Shown piece by piece: positions 12,292 to 25,451 of a DNA stretch of 64,000 bases (position 1 is its first letter; each line of letters starts with the position of its first letter). Source of the stretch: Balanoglossus misakiensis (lineage: Eukaryota; Animalia; Hemichordata); assembly GCA_040954595.2 (NCBI GenBank), contig CM082584.2, positions 11,188,552-11,252,551 on the forward strand. The letters are read 5' to 3'. The notes below the pieces were generated by a model. The model saw only the letters and a list, made by a program, of their open reading frames with translations. It was not told where the DNA came from and did not search any database. The position numbers were made by a program, and so were the translations under genes.

Positions 12292-15200
12292 CTATTCCAA
12301 CGCGAGATAACTCTCACAGAGGTCTACCAAGGCCAAGACTTTCTCGAGGTGGTTCTCGACGTTCGGGAATTTGCGCTCGGCAATGTTCGAGACGGCTTCG
12401 GTGAATCCGTTGAAACACAATCCGGCACTCACGTCGGCTGTGACGGATGCCAGGGCGTTCCAACGTCTTGAGATGTCTATATACATGATGTCCACTTCCG
12501 CTGTGCTGAATCCGTTGATGCATAGCTTACAAGTCCTTGAAAGAAATTAACAGCGTGTGAGAAATCACGCTTCTGCTCAAAGTTTTCATTTTCGATATAA
12601 AACGATATACTTTTAATATAAAATTTATTTATTTTTCTCACTGACCTTGTGAATTTTCTGAAAGCCGTCTGTCCCATTCTCGTGCCGTGAAGTCCCAGGA
12701 AATGGAGGTAAATCGACGTTATTCTCTCGAAGACTCGGAAATTCTTGTATTTCAACCGTTTTGCATATTTTTCAGGAAACAGTTTGACCAAGCAGGACCC
12801 CTTAGGCTCGCCGCTGAATGCATTAGGTTCTTCCGACTCGGCGTTGACCTCCAGACTGAGGTGCGAGATGGCGTCAGCGCCATCATCGGCAGAACCCGCG
12901 TCCTGGTCGCTGCAATCGTCGGTAGTTATCGCAACTGTGCTCCTGCAGAGAGAAATAACGAGGTGAAAATCGATCGAATATCACAAATACAAATTACAAA
13001 TACCTCAGCTGTCAGGACTGAAATACAATGAAACACTGTGGACGATTAAAGTATAGTACTCAGAAGAGTTTGTTATGACCTGAAGTTAATAGTATCGATT
13101 TACTGCAGCACTTGACTTTTGCAAGTGCAACCACCTGTAGGATTCACTCCCCTAACAATCTCTCTTACGTTTTGCGTCGTTTCGGGACAAACAAAGCCAG
13201 CGTGTCTCGGACCAAAGGTATCTTGATTTCTCTGTCGACTGGACTCGGAAGGGTCTCGTACACTCCCGGCGACCTCTCCTGCTCACCGTCGAGATTCAAA
13301 CTCGGGCTGGCGTTGACTTCCAGTAAATATGGTTTGAGGTCAGAGGTCAAGAGGACGTCAAGCCCAAGAATCTGTAAAAAAATGACAATCATGACAAAAC
13401 AAGAATAAGTGCCATGCAGATCAACGGAAATGTGCAATGAATATCAGAGACACGAGCACAGACAGACGGACGGACATACAGACAGATAGGCATAACTGAG
13501 ACTGGACGAAGAGCGCACAAAAGCGACGCCTTGTATACCTGAAAGCACGAAGGTCCATGTTTCCTCGGGTTCCTCGGCAGCTCGAGGTGACATCGCACCT
13601 TCAAGTCTGGCACTATCGCCAAAATCGTCTTGCAGACGACTTCTTCTAGATCTCGGTGGAATTGTCTGACGTCATACTGTCTCTCCTGCAGCCATTGCAA
13701 CACCGACGTCAGAGTACGCTTGCTGCCTTCGGCGACGTCGTCACTCTGGACGAAATTGCTACTCCGCTTGTTCAGCGAGTAGTTCGTGAGATGCATGAAT
13801 ATGTGGTGTAAATTCTTATCGGAAGGTTGTTGGTAGTCCTCGGTGCAAAACCTGGCCATTCCCTCTCTGCAGAGATAGAACTCCAGTGGTTCCAGACTCT
13901 TCAAGACGACATAAATCCGCAGGTCGAATTTCTTGTTGTCGATGAGGAGCGGATCGGGGATGTACTCCTGCACAACGACCGGTTTCAACGTCACAGATTT
14001 CATCATGTCGTTGGGGTTGCGAATGAGATAGATGCCGTCGCCCTGCGAGGAGTTGTCCGGTTTGACGATGTAGTATTTTTTGAGTTGTTTGGAGGACGAC
14101 TTCTTCTGGGCGGCCTTGGCTTCCTGCACAAATCGGTGCAGTTCCGTCGGTAGCATCCAGGATTTGGGATAAAAACTATACTCCTCAGGGAAAAGTAGTT
14201 GCATTTTGTGAATCATCTTGGAAAATTTGATCTTACGTAGAATATCCAGCATCCCTGTGGTATAAAAAACAACAACAGAGAATCATGCACGGAGTCCTAA
14301 GTATTGTGGATTATATTAAAACGTATAAGAATCAGTGGTGGGTGATCTTGAAAATCTCTTCTCTCATTCTGTTGTGGATGACTTGACAAAGCGTTCTCTT
14401 TGTGGAATCGTCGGATTTTGCACACGACTCACAGTTATGTTACTTGTCAGGCTTTACAGTTGACAAAAATACAATACTGATTGTTTGTCGTCGTGTTGGC
14501 CGTTTGCTGAGTGTTTCGGTACACAATATGTAACCGTCTTTGCATATTCAACCGTGGGCGATCTAACGTGTTTCATAGAGTGTTTGTAGTGAATGATTGT
14601 ACATGTACTTTCTCTACAGCGAACCAAAGAATACCAGGCCGGCTTTTTCATCTAACTACTAAAAAATTATCCAAATGTCCTCGATTAAATTCACAATCGA
14701 CTGTATTCAGAATTCACATTTTGAAATGTGTATTGATATTTTTGAGAGGTTCCCTGCTGTAATATTTTGAATGGGGACAAACAGGCCGTCCATGATATAC
14801 TCGCTGTTAGCGGGATCGATACGAAGTAAAGTCATAAAAAGGACCCATGAAGAAAATTGATTCCTCCCACGAATGAAAACCTCCAACAGGCGCACTCAGT
14901 CGTCTTTTGTTGGCTTCTTTCAGCGTCTTTTATGCTTCTGGTTTTATGGGAAATTCTACTGAATAGATCGAGAAGGTGTGTGGTTTTAATGAAATAAAAA
15001 CCTTAAAAAGAGTTTGGAATACAGGCGACGCAATTTGCATGTTCGTGTAGCAATATTGACTGTGCGTGCCGGCAATCTACGCGATGAGCGGTGTGAGTTA
15101 CCTTGGAAACAACAAATTTACCGGTGTGTGACGGCATTATCCGTTGAATTATTAAAACTGATGAAACAGCTTTACCTGGAAATTTGTTAACCTTCCCGGA

Positions 15201-16197
15201 TGCTATGGGAATGGCTGAATCGTAGAACGAGATTCCATGCCAGTAGATATGGCAACTGCTACGCTGTCCACGGGGGGCCTGGAAGAAACAAAGAATATAG
15301 GCCTGTCATGACAAGAACGTCGTAATCAAGCGATTATGAACTTTCTGTTACGCTTGAGAATTGTAAACAGGGAGGGAAGACATACGAGTCCGCGATGGTG
15401 GCTTCTATTCCTACGCGTGCTAATTACTTTGAAGATGCTAATAAAGTACGTTTCTCGTTCTATGGCGGATGATTAAATTATTGTCCGCGCTTTTCGCTCA
15501 TCACAGACACACTGCCATCACAGTATACATCGGTCATTTTTCAACACACTAGTATTTGGTGGAGGAAATGCGGCTAAACGTTAGAAAAATTGTTGCTCAA
15601 TCGCAAGAAGGCGTCGTGCATAATTTTAATATAATATTGAAAGTGTTCGGCGAATGTTATTTCTTAAAGATATTCTAATCGCTACCCCGAATTCCCAAGT
15701 TGTATGCGTATATTGTTCAGTGTATTGTATAGCTGCGGGGTCTTCGGTCGTTGTTAATGAATGGCCGTCAGCTGTGTGTTAAAAGACATCTTTATGACAT
15801 CCACACACAGTTTGAACAATTGGATACGGGTAGAACTAACCTCTTTCCATTCTGGTCCTAGTTGTTGAATGGCAGCCCGAACCACCTCTGCGGCCGTCCT
15901 GGCCCTCGAAGTGTCCACGGTGATGTACTTTCCCCGTTTCCTCCGCTTCAGCCGCCGGGACTTGTCATCGGTTGTTGTGGTTGTTGCTCCATAAATGGTC
16001 CGCGGAAGCAGAAGTTTTTCTCTGGTTCTACCGGCGCTGTTGCCCCGAAGATCCGACGAGGTGTGCGACCTGATGACGGCGCCGTTTAGCTCGATCGTTG
16101 TGGCCTTTCTGCTGTCAAAGCCCGTTGTCTTGGGTCGTCTCTTGAGCAAGTGTCGAACTTTTTGCTCTGGTTTGACGACGGTGGATCTAACGCTCAT
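12292..16197 (-). CDS. TTLL11: Tubulin polyglutamylase TTLL11-like
   Basis: ITVDTSRART...WKE|...CHIYWHGISFY...GKVNKFP|GML..LFPEEYSFYPKSW, IVKPDNSSQGDGIYL, VVQEYI..PLLIDNKKFDLRIYV, HLTNYSLNK, CFQ|ILGLDVLL..LLEVNASPSL...SPGVYETLPSPVDREIK all match remembered TTLL11 motifs. The start could extend to an upstream exon. Confidence 0.9.
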
Positions 16198-17509
16198 GTT
16201 TGAGATCCCCGCATACTTCAACTGTCACGTAGCCACAATAGCGGACAGTTTATATGTTGAGTAATGTTTACCTGTTCACAAAAGCTTGACTATATTGAAC
16301 AATCGATCAGCGACTTTAAAAAGCAGACCATCTCCCTTTGAGTACCTGGGCCCTTCCATTTTGAGTTAGGGGTGGTGATGCACATTCTGCCGACACGGTG
16401 TGGATGTCTAGGCCACACACGGCAGTAAATTCCACGCTTCATAAATCACTAATATTTATGGTCTTGGGTCAACAAACGGACTGAAGACGTGTTTAAAAAT
16501 TCAACGGTCGATATAAACAGCCGATTTCCCAAACAGACGCTTTGTCTTTTAGTAGTATATTAATTATATTATGTTACATTAGTGTATGAATTCTACGACG
16601 ATATTCATGTACGAATAATTTTGCTGTGTGATGAAAGTGAACGTGGCCAAGACCATTCAAACAGAACTTGTCGTGGTTGAATTGGGATGTGGCATGCAGT
16701 AGACCTGAGGCAATATCATGTTTCCATGTCACCGAGACACGCAGCATACCTGCGAAGGCTGGCATTCAAGTTGAACTTTGGCAGGGGTGGGTCAAGTGGT
16801 ATACAGGTACAACCCTGACATGGAGAACCATCCAATGATTTTTTGCTATCTTGATATTCTGGTTGGCTACAACAGAGGGACATCAATAAAATGACCTCTC
16901 TTTGCGACCTCCTCGGCCACGGCAACAGGTGGTGACTGCCAAAAACTTTGATCGCGGACAATAGCTGTCACGTATGGTTATTGCGCCACCAACATTAATT
17001 GTGGTGGTTTCTTTTGTTATAGTGCTTCGCATTGTGGCCTGTGTTTAAAAGAATTTTTAACGTTGGGCAACAGAGGGCGAACTGTATCATGCATTAGCAA
17101 GGGAACACAACTGCCAATAACCGAGGCAGCACAACAATGGAAAAACTATGTGACTGTGACGAAAAAGATAACAAACTATACACAAAAAATTGGTTTAAAG
17201 GCTTTTTTTTATCAAAAACGGGTTGTGCACAATAAAATTAGTTCCATAAAAATTCAAAGATGTTGGAACTCCCCAGAAGTCAAAATATCTGTGTACAGAT
17301 GGTTTAAGTTTTCATTCTTGCCTGGCCAAAAACCCTGATCGAAACATTTCATAATACCCATTTCTGTATATAAATATATGAAGACATCAGTGTTATTTAC
17401 AGTTTTTATCTCAGGTCATCCAGTTGGCAGTGAAAGGTGGGCTGACAGGCCACAAACCAGGAACTGAACTTGTGAAACCAGGTCGAGTCTGTTCGTGCTC
17501 ATGAGGAGC

Positions 17510-20500
17510 TCATTTGAGGGAAATGCTAATTATTCTGATGTCGTCGTACGGTTTGTCCGTCTTGGGGTTTATTTTGACTTCACTGATCTTCTGTATAACT
17601 TCCATTCCTTTGCTGGCACGACCAAACACAGTGTGTTTGTTGTCCAGCCATGACTGGGGAAAAAGGAGAAGAAAATAAATCATTTCAACACTAACAAAAG
17701 CAAGCCTTTTCTTGTTTTGTCCTGGGCAACTCTGCTTTGTTTCAACTAAATATATGCAGTTCATCACTTACAAATAATTTTCGAATTTCAGATGAAAACA
17801 AAGGCAAGGGATTGTGACTAGATTACTACGGGCCCTTTCACACAAAATGGGAAAACACACTTACACATGGTGCTACAGTGATAAAGAACTGGGAACCATT
17901 GGTGTCGGGTCCAGCATTGGCCATGCTGACAGTATACGGCCTGTCATGTCTGAGATTAGGATGGAATTCATCTTCGAACTCTCCTCCCCATATCGACTCT
18001 CCTCCTGTTCCAGTACCTGCCACAAAATCATGAAATTCAATTTTCAATTCATGTCATTAATCCTTTTAAGATAGAGAGTGCCTCAAAACCAGTCCTAAAC
18101 TTTCTCTCATGTTTTGCTCAGGGCAACTTTGAATTGCTTTGAGAGTCTTCCAGCTCTTAGATTCTAAACCAACACTCACCTAAGGGGTCACCTGTCTGGA
18201 TCATAAATTGCTTGATGACACGATGGAACACGTGTCCATTGTAGTAGCCATTTTTGCTGTGCACGCAGAAATTCTCAACTGTTTTCGGACACCTGTCAAA
18301 AAATGGTTGAAGTCAAATAGTTTAAAAATCAATTTGATACTGTCAGCAAATAACAGCTAACTTCATTTCGTTGGATTTCATCAAGCGGATTCAGAACACT
18401 AAAAGTCAAAATGAACTTAGACTTACTCTACGGCGAACAGCTTAATGTGTATATCGCCCATCGAAGTGTGTATGATGGCGTTTTCTGATATCCTCTGAGA
18501 TATTGGATTCTGTAATTAGAAAATGCACAACTTCATACTTGATAATGCACATTGATGAAGCATATTTGAGAGCATACTCCTGGGAGATACAATTGTGGTC
18601 AGGAGGTTCATAATTATTTTTTTCTAGTAACAGTCAACGCTCGCTTACCTGTGTAGCTGCCATGACTTCTTCTTTAGAGGGCTTTTCGTTGAAAACATCT
18701 CTCTCCGCATCAGCACTGAAACAGAAACAAAACAAGTACGATATCATGGTGCACTGTCCCATAACTTTGGAAAAGTCTATTCTACACAAGGGGTGAACAG
18801 GGTCAAAATGGATGCCCACCTCTTTGTATCCTCTGGTCCTCTCTGCGTGAACATAAAAAATCTGTTTTTCTTGAAAGCTGTACAGAAAAGCGTTGGATCA
18901 TCTGTGAGATTCTGCAGTAGTGGATTGTCCGATGCCTTCATTTCTAATGTCTCGGCTGCTTTGTTCTTTAAAACCCGGCCTTGGAAAAGTGACAGGTTGA
19001 GAAATCGATTATTCTCTGGCTGTAAAGAAAATGGGAGAAAAAAGGTGAGAAATGTAATTCTACACATGCATGGTTTTGACAGGTTTCACTGAATGTCACA
19101 TTTTTAATAGCCTTATTTTGCTGGAAACTTCATTGACAGTATTGGTGATTTACCTTGCCCAGTGTCAGTGAGCATTTGTTGGTGTGGAGATTTATGACTT
19201 TGATTCCCAGCATGGTAGCATACAGGATGAAGTTGCCACTCTGGTCAAACACTGTGAGAAAATTGAAATAAGACAGATTAAAATAAGGCATTTTTTGGAA
19301 GAAGCACAACACACATTTCACTATCATAGTTTGGTCCACATGCAGGTAAAAATTAAATCAGATATTTTCGCCAAATCACAGGAGACCAACCTACCCACAT
19401 TTCCCCGTTTCAGACTTCCTGACTTGTCCAGGTCCCTTTCCTGGGCCATCCGACGTCCAAACTCCATATCCGGAAGTTGTTGTTTCATCTGCTGCAGTTC
19501 TGTGAACCTCTGTAAAGACTCGTCCAGTACTTTCGTCAGTTTTCCCGTTAAAAATCGAAATACTCTCACCTAGAGGGAAGATGGGGATACCAACTTATAA
19601 TTAAAAAACTGTTATTGAAATAACTGAGTTTTGACAGATGCAACCATGGAAACAGATCTATCCAAACACAGATTTTCACTTGGCAGGCCATGGAAAAAAG
19701 TGACCCATCACAAGGTCATCAGACATATATGTTCATTTTCTTTCTGTACTCTTACCTTCCTGTCCAGTGCCATTGTTGCAAATGTTTTGCCGTCAGGTGA
19801 AAAGGACAGAGCAGTTGGCACTGTTTTACACTGTGAAGATAATTAAAAAGGAAAATTAAACACTTGTCAGCCACAACAGATGAAAGCTCTTGACTCAAAA
19901 TTTCACATAAGCTTACAATTCTGAAGATGTGCATTGATTAAAACATTGGTGAATGACTTCTTCCATACTTGCATTCTCGAAAAATCCTACCTTTGCAAAT
20001 TCATAGAGGTCCGTGTCTGTCTTGTACTTGAAGCCGACATTTTTCGGAAATGCATAATTGTGTGTCGGTCCTGTCCAATACTCCACCATCCCCGATTTGT
20101 CTGCTGATACCATGACGTCGAACACTGCATTGTACTGAAATCGAAATATTTCAAAGATTGTCAGGGTCACAGCTAACCAATGGCATTGCATTTCCCAAAA
20201 TATGTCCCCCTGCAGCAGTTAACTAACAAGCCTCCCTATTGGCTGCTGATTTGTATATGGCAGACAAAGCAAAGTGGCTGTAAGATTATCTTACCTGCAT
20301 AAATGTGAGTGGCTTGGAATGGAGTTTATCCATGGTTTGGAGTGGTGTGTTGCTTCCATTGCTATCGTAAACAAAGACTTCCCCTTTATTGCTGGAACTG
20401 AAATGAAAACAGAGACAATCATATGTAGACATTGCCAGTGACTTTTCTAAATGACAAAACTAGATGTTTTACTGTGAAAAGGGGTAGTTTTAAGACTTAC

Positions 20501-21777
20501 TCACCATGCAATAGCAAATAGGGGATCCCCAGGGGAGTATATCCATTCACAGCAACAGGGAACGTACGGTAATTTCATCATGTTGATCATGTCTGCAGCA
20601 CAAGCAAAATACAGAGTCAGACAGTTAACATTTCTGATCAGCGACAGCCACCCATATCAGTGAAATCAGATGAACTGATGACATACTAAAAGATGTGAAC
20701 ACAGACTGATGACACAGTGGATGCACTCACCAAAACTGATGATGTCAAAGATCTTGAGAGACTTGTCATCCGCTATTGTGCACAAAAATAAACCATCTGA
20801 ACTGACTGCTATGCACTCTATACAACCTGTGAAAGATAATATCAGACAATTTACATCATTTTGATTAAACATATTTCAACTTTTATAACTACTACTAGTA
20901 TCTACTACCGGTGCCTAATATCTTATCCTGCAACTCACCTAGATGAGCTCTGAAGAGTTTGACAAATTCAACACCCAGCTCCTGTTTCTTCCAGAACTTG
21001 ACAAATCCATCCACACTTGCAGTGACGATAAACTGCGACCTGAACGATGGAACAATTAAATGAGAACATTTCTGGCATTCAAGCATATGAAGTTATCAAT
21101 AATGGTACCCTACACTGAAGCAAAAAAAGACTCCCAATATTAAAAGACAATGCACATCAGAAGGTAATTTTGAGTCTTACTTGGTGACAGCAACATGGGT
21201 AATAACATCACGGTGCATGTAACTTTTCTCGTATGTTTCAGCACTTGGTAAATTGTTCAAGTAGACGCGTTCAAACTCCAACACTGTGAAAGAGAGAGTG
21301 CAAAACAGATCACAGTCAAGAACTCTCCACAAACCGAAATGTAATCATCCATTCCATAGAAACAGACACACGACTTCCTACTTGCACTTTGCGCAGTCAC
21401 GCGTGCGAAAAACTGTGTACACACGTAAGCTGCAGTACTGCAGCTCGAGGTTTTGCCTGGTATTGTGTCCGAACGACAACACCAGATACAATACAGGACA
21501 AAACCTCGAGCTACAGTGCTGCAGCCAGCGTACACGTGTGCTGGTAGTGCAGCGATTACTGTTTACGCTGGCCAGTCAGAGCCGTGCGAACGACAAAAAT
21601 GATGCATTTTTACTTAATCTACTCAGTCATTTATGTTTTATTGGTACCTTTCCGTTTCTTTGGCATTGCCGCCGCCGCTGGCATGGGTCCGACCATCTCA
21701 TCTCCCGAGCTCTCTTGTTCATTTTCGTCGTCTTTGTCGTCAACGGAACGCTTCAAGCTTTCTGTGGGCGCCGCCAT
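17510..21777 (-). CDS. PPWD1: Peptidylprolyl isomerase domain and WD repeat-containing protein 1
   Basis: [11 protein letters not shown]...[17 protein letters not shown] start, then WD40 exons ([25 protein letters not shown]), [13 protein letters not shown], and a cyclophilin domain ([42 protein letters not shown]). Stop at 17510. Confidence 0.96.
21429..21525. repeat. Inverted repeat, 41-bp arms with 15-nt loop, in PPWD1 intron 1
   Basis: GCTGCAGTACTGCAGCTCGAGGTTTTGCCTGGTATTGTGTC (21429-21469) pairs with GATACAATACAGGACAAAACCTCGAGCTACAGTGCTGCAGC (21485-21525); 35 of 41 pairs are Watson-Crick. Confidence 0.85.
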
Positions 21778-22669
21778 TTTGATAAATGACGTCATGGGGA
21801 CAGGGTTGTTACCCACAGTGCTGTGCGAAAATAAAACTTCTCAAAACTTTTCGCGTTGAAATGACAATGAATATGATAGACACATCACATCTATTTTACC
21901 TAACACAGATAACTGAAAACGTAACAATAATTATTTATCAGTAACAATTGTACAAGGATTGTCTTTTGAGCGTTTCAAACGTCAATCATTCCATTAAACT
22001 TTGGTTCACAGTGAGTGTTCCCTAGTATGTGTCAATTGATGCACCATGGAGGGGCGCGGAGTCGTTCGTACCCGTGTTGTTTCTGCCAAAAGATGCAGTG
22101 TTCTGGACAACAATACCACTCCCAGCACCCAACAGCTCTGCTAAAGAGACCACATGGGGAAAGATTCACACCCATTGCGTTTTTGTAACTAGGCGGGAAT
22201 TGCATAACGACCGGAGAACCAATCACATCATTGCGTCTTTGATACGTGCAGTTTCTTAGGCGACCCAGATTTGCATAGTTAAATAGATGTGTTAATTACT
22301 ATGTTTCATCGCCTGCCTGGACGCTTGGTGTACCGTCACTCATTACTTGGCTATTATTTAAGAAACCCCCATAAAGTGCTCGATCCAACGCGAATGCTTT
22401 CAGTTTGAACTTGGAGTTGTTAGGGACCAGTTGGATACAGAGCGTGATCATTATGGAAGGCACCTGTTTTAGGTAAGTACAATTGTAGGTGACACGGTGA
22501 ACGTACTGACTGTATGTGTACATTATGGCTCTTGCTGGTTAATGTTTAATTTATAATATTTGCAATTTCTTTAAATTTACCAACGGATGTAACATCTTGT
22601 ACTATCGAGGTTCCGCCTGGCGAATATGTGTGCAACATTAACGTCAACTTTGTATTTTTTCACAGAACT

Positions 22670-25009
22670 ATGTTGGCAACGCTAGTTGGTTTGGTGATGG
22701 TCGGATCGGTTTCTTCCGCAAGTCTTTTCGGTAAGATGGGTTTCTTATGTTCGCCAAGACAACACAAAATTGTTACATTTTCATCACCATTTCCTCAAGA
22801 CAAGACATTAATGAAAATGACAAGATTCTCGTACCATTCAAAATTATCACTGGGAGTATGTTGTGTTATTGTATCTGTGGTTAGACCCCTTTTTGACAAA
22901 AAAAAAACATTGTAGCTTCGTTTTACTCATTCACTTCACCTGTGAGTGCAGATGGAATACAGTAGAATAGTTGGGGCATTTCCTGTCCCGTTGACACTGA
23001 CAACGTTTATTGGACAAGTGCATCCCATTTCCTGTCCACCTGTTGATCAACTTCTCCGACACGAAGCACTAAATCAAAAGAATCTTTGAACCAAGCAGAG
23101 CTTACCAATGACAAACTTTGTGTGTATATATTTGCGAAGCCATTAACTCAGGCCCTGTACTTTTTAGGAAGCAAATGTTGAAAAGCAGTGCGAATATATG
23201 CATGGCATTATGCAAACGGACATGTGTGAAACGTTACAAAGGGATGGGAGGTGCTACCTTTGCTCGTCCATGACATTTTTGAAAGGGCGAATTAACAACG
23301 GAGTTTATATTCTTCGTATACTAGTATTCTCTCGGGGCTATTTTGTATATTAAACTGAAATTCAAGTAAAGGTTTTATAAAGGCAGGGATTCACAGATGT
23401 ATTCCCATGTGGAGGCAGTGACGCCTTACATAGGGATCTTCCCCATGGCTTAGTTGCACAATGCCCTGTACGTTGAGATGGCTTCCCTAACAATGGCTTG
23501 GTAAGCCCTGTTGTAACATCACTTATTCAGTAGCAATTAGTTGTGCATTATTCAAGGTTTGGATAAGCGGCCATTATCGAATTCTCCGGATTAGCACTAT
23601 TTTTGTTTAACCAGCTGACCTCACATTAAGGGAAGCCAACGTCGCCTCGTTCGGGGACGTCAACCAGCGCAGCGGGACAACCGATGACAGTGACGCCGAG
23701 TCACCACACCGTTCACCGCCGTCATCGATTCTGGTTGTCTTGCATACTTTTGACGTTCCTAAATATCAAATTGGTATTTAAAGAAACAGTAGAGTTCCCC
23801 TTGACCCTATAAACTAGTAATTTTCTACATTGTGATATGATTAACCCACGGTACGACCACTATTGGCCAAAGTTGCCGAAAGAAAGACCAACTAATTCTG
23901 GTCCTCTGACGCGAGTTGAGATATGCAAAAAACGTCATTCATGTGCAAACTACCTAGGCCATGACTTTGTCACAAGAGAATGGCATTTTCACGCGTCTTT
24001 ACAAACTGGGACCCTAAACCACTTTATTTGTTATTTTATGGCCTTTCTCGACACCCAATAAATTGCACTAATGAGTAACCGAGCACGAAATATGCGAGTG
24101 ATCTGCCTGTTGGCCCGGATAAAAGCACATTCGTGTGTCGGAATTCATTTGCCCTGTGTGTCGGTAGATTCGAAAAAGACATCAAAGGCGATAAAATGTT
24201 CATTGGTAACCAAGATCCGATTACACATAAACCCCAAAACTTTTCTGGCCATTGTAAAATATGAAGCAGTGTTCTCATTCACACGTCGACTTCACAACTG
24301 CTTACACATTATCAATTTTTTTTCACCGGAATAGTGTAACACCACGCTTGCATTCATATGTCTGGAATTCTAATATCAGAGTGTAAAATGTCTTTCTCTC
24401 TTACAGACGGGTACAGATCGACCGAAAATATCTGCAAGAACGGAGGTATAATGGTTCTTGGCAGTTTCTGTATCTGTCCATCGAACTACGGTGGTCAGTA
24501 CTGCGAGGAAGAAGAGAACCAGTGCGGATCGGTGCTGCACGACGAGACGGTGGAGATCGATTGTAATCTGTGTCTATGCAGGAATGGACGCCTGTACTGC
24601 GTCCCACATGGTGAACCGGACTGCTACAAAGGTGAGTCTTGTTCTTATTCATTGTATCCGGCTGCATTTTCTGCCAAGTCTTCTTAGATAAGTTTCGACT
24701 ACTTTTACAGGTGGCGCTGTTGCGTGGTTGTAATACATTTCTGCCATTTACAGAATACAATTTGCGACAAGACAAAGCCATAAAACTCATTGACACCATT
24801 TTAATCTAAATTTTTCCAATTTCATTTTTGCAGAAGTACGGGAGGAGGTTGTCAAGGTGATCACCATGGCGCCTGAGCCGACGACCGAAGAAGTTGAATA
24901 CGAAAGTTCGTATATGGACGAGTGGTGGGAGATTTCGGCTGCGCCGCCATTGTCGTCTGTTGCAGTTCCATGGCTGGCCTGTCTTTTGTGTCTCGTATTA
25001 TACAGATAA
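22670..25009 (+). CDS. EGF-CFC (Cripto/Cryptic/Oep-like) GPI-anchored Nodal co-receptor homolog
   Basis: Exon 22670-22730 encodes a signal peptide, MLATLVGLVMVGSVSSASLF. A possible exon lies at 23615-23773. Exon 24407-24631 encodes CKNGGIMVLGSFCICPSNYGGQYCE (EGF-like) and CGSVLHDETVEIDCNLCLCRNGRLYCVPHGEPDC (CFC, 6 Cys). Exon 24834-25009 ends in a hydrophobic tail, SAAPPLSSVAVPWLACLLCLVLYR* (GPI-signal-like). Intron phases (1/1) are consistent. Confidence 0.88.
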
Positions 25010-25451
25010 CTGGCAAACAAGCTGTAAACTTTTGTGTTCTTTTATAATTTATATATTGTCGTCGCAGACACTAAAGCAAAACAGTAGAGATAGGTAACCA
25101 CAGAACAGACGCGCTTGATGAAGCCGAGTTTGATGAATTGAAGTATACAAGTACTGTAGAGCAATATTTTTTTTATTTCAATCGCATTTGCTCTATTTTT
25201 CCTATTTTATAGAAATGTAAATATAAAACTAATGACATAGACCATGTAGCTTAGCTGGCAACACTCAATTTTTTTGGTGTTGATACTACTACTGCACTTA
25301 TTGAAATTATTAAAGGTTAAACTACAAACAATAAAACTATCTCTTGTTTTGTTGTGCTATCTGTTACATAACATGAATGGAGCATAATTCTAGTTGGTTA
25401 TGCAACAATAAGTGCTAGCTACAGAGCCATCCCATTGGTTGCACATCCACA

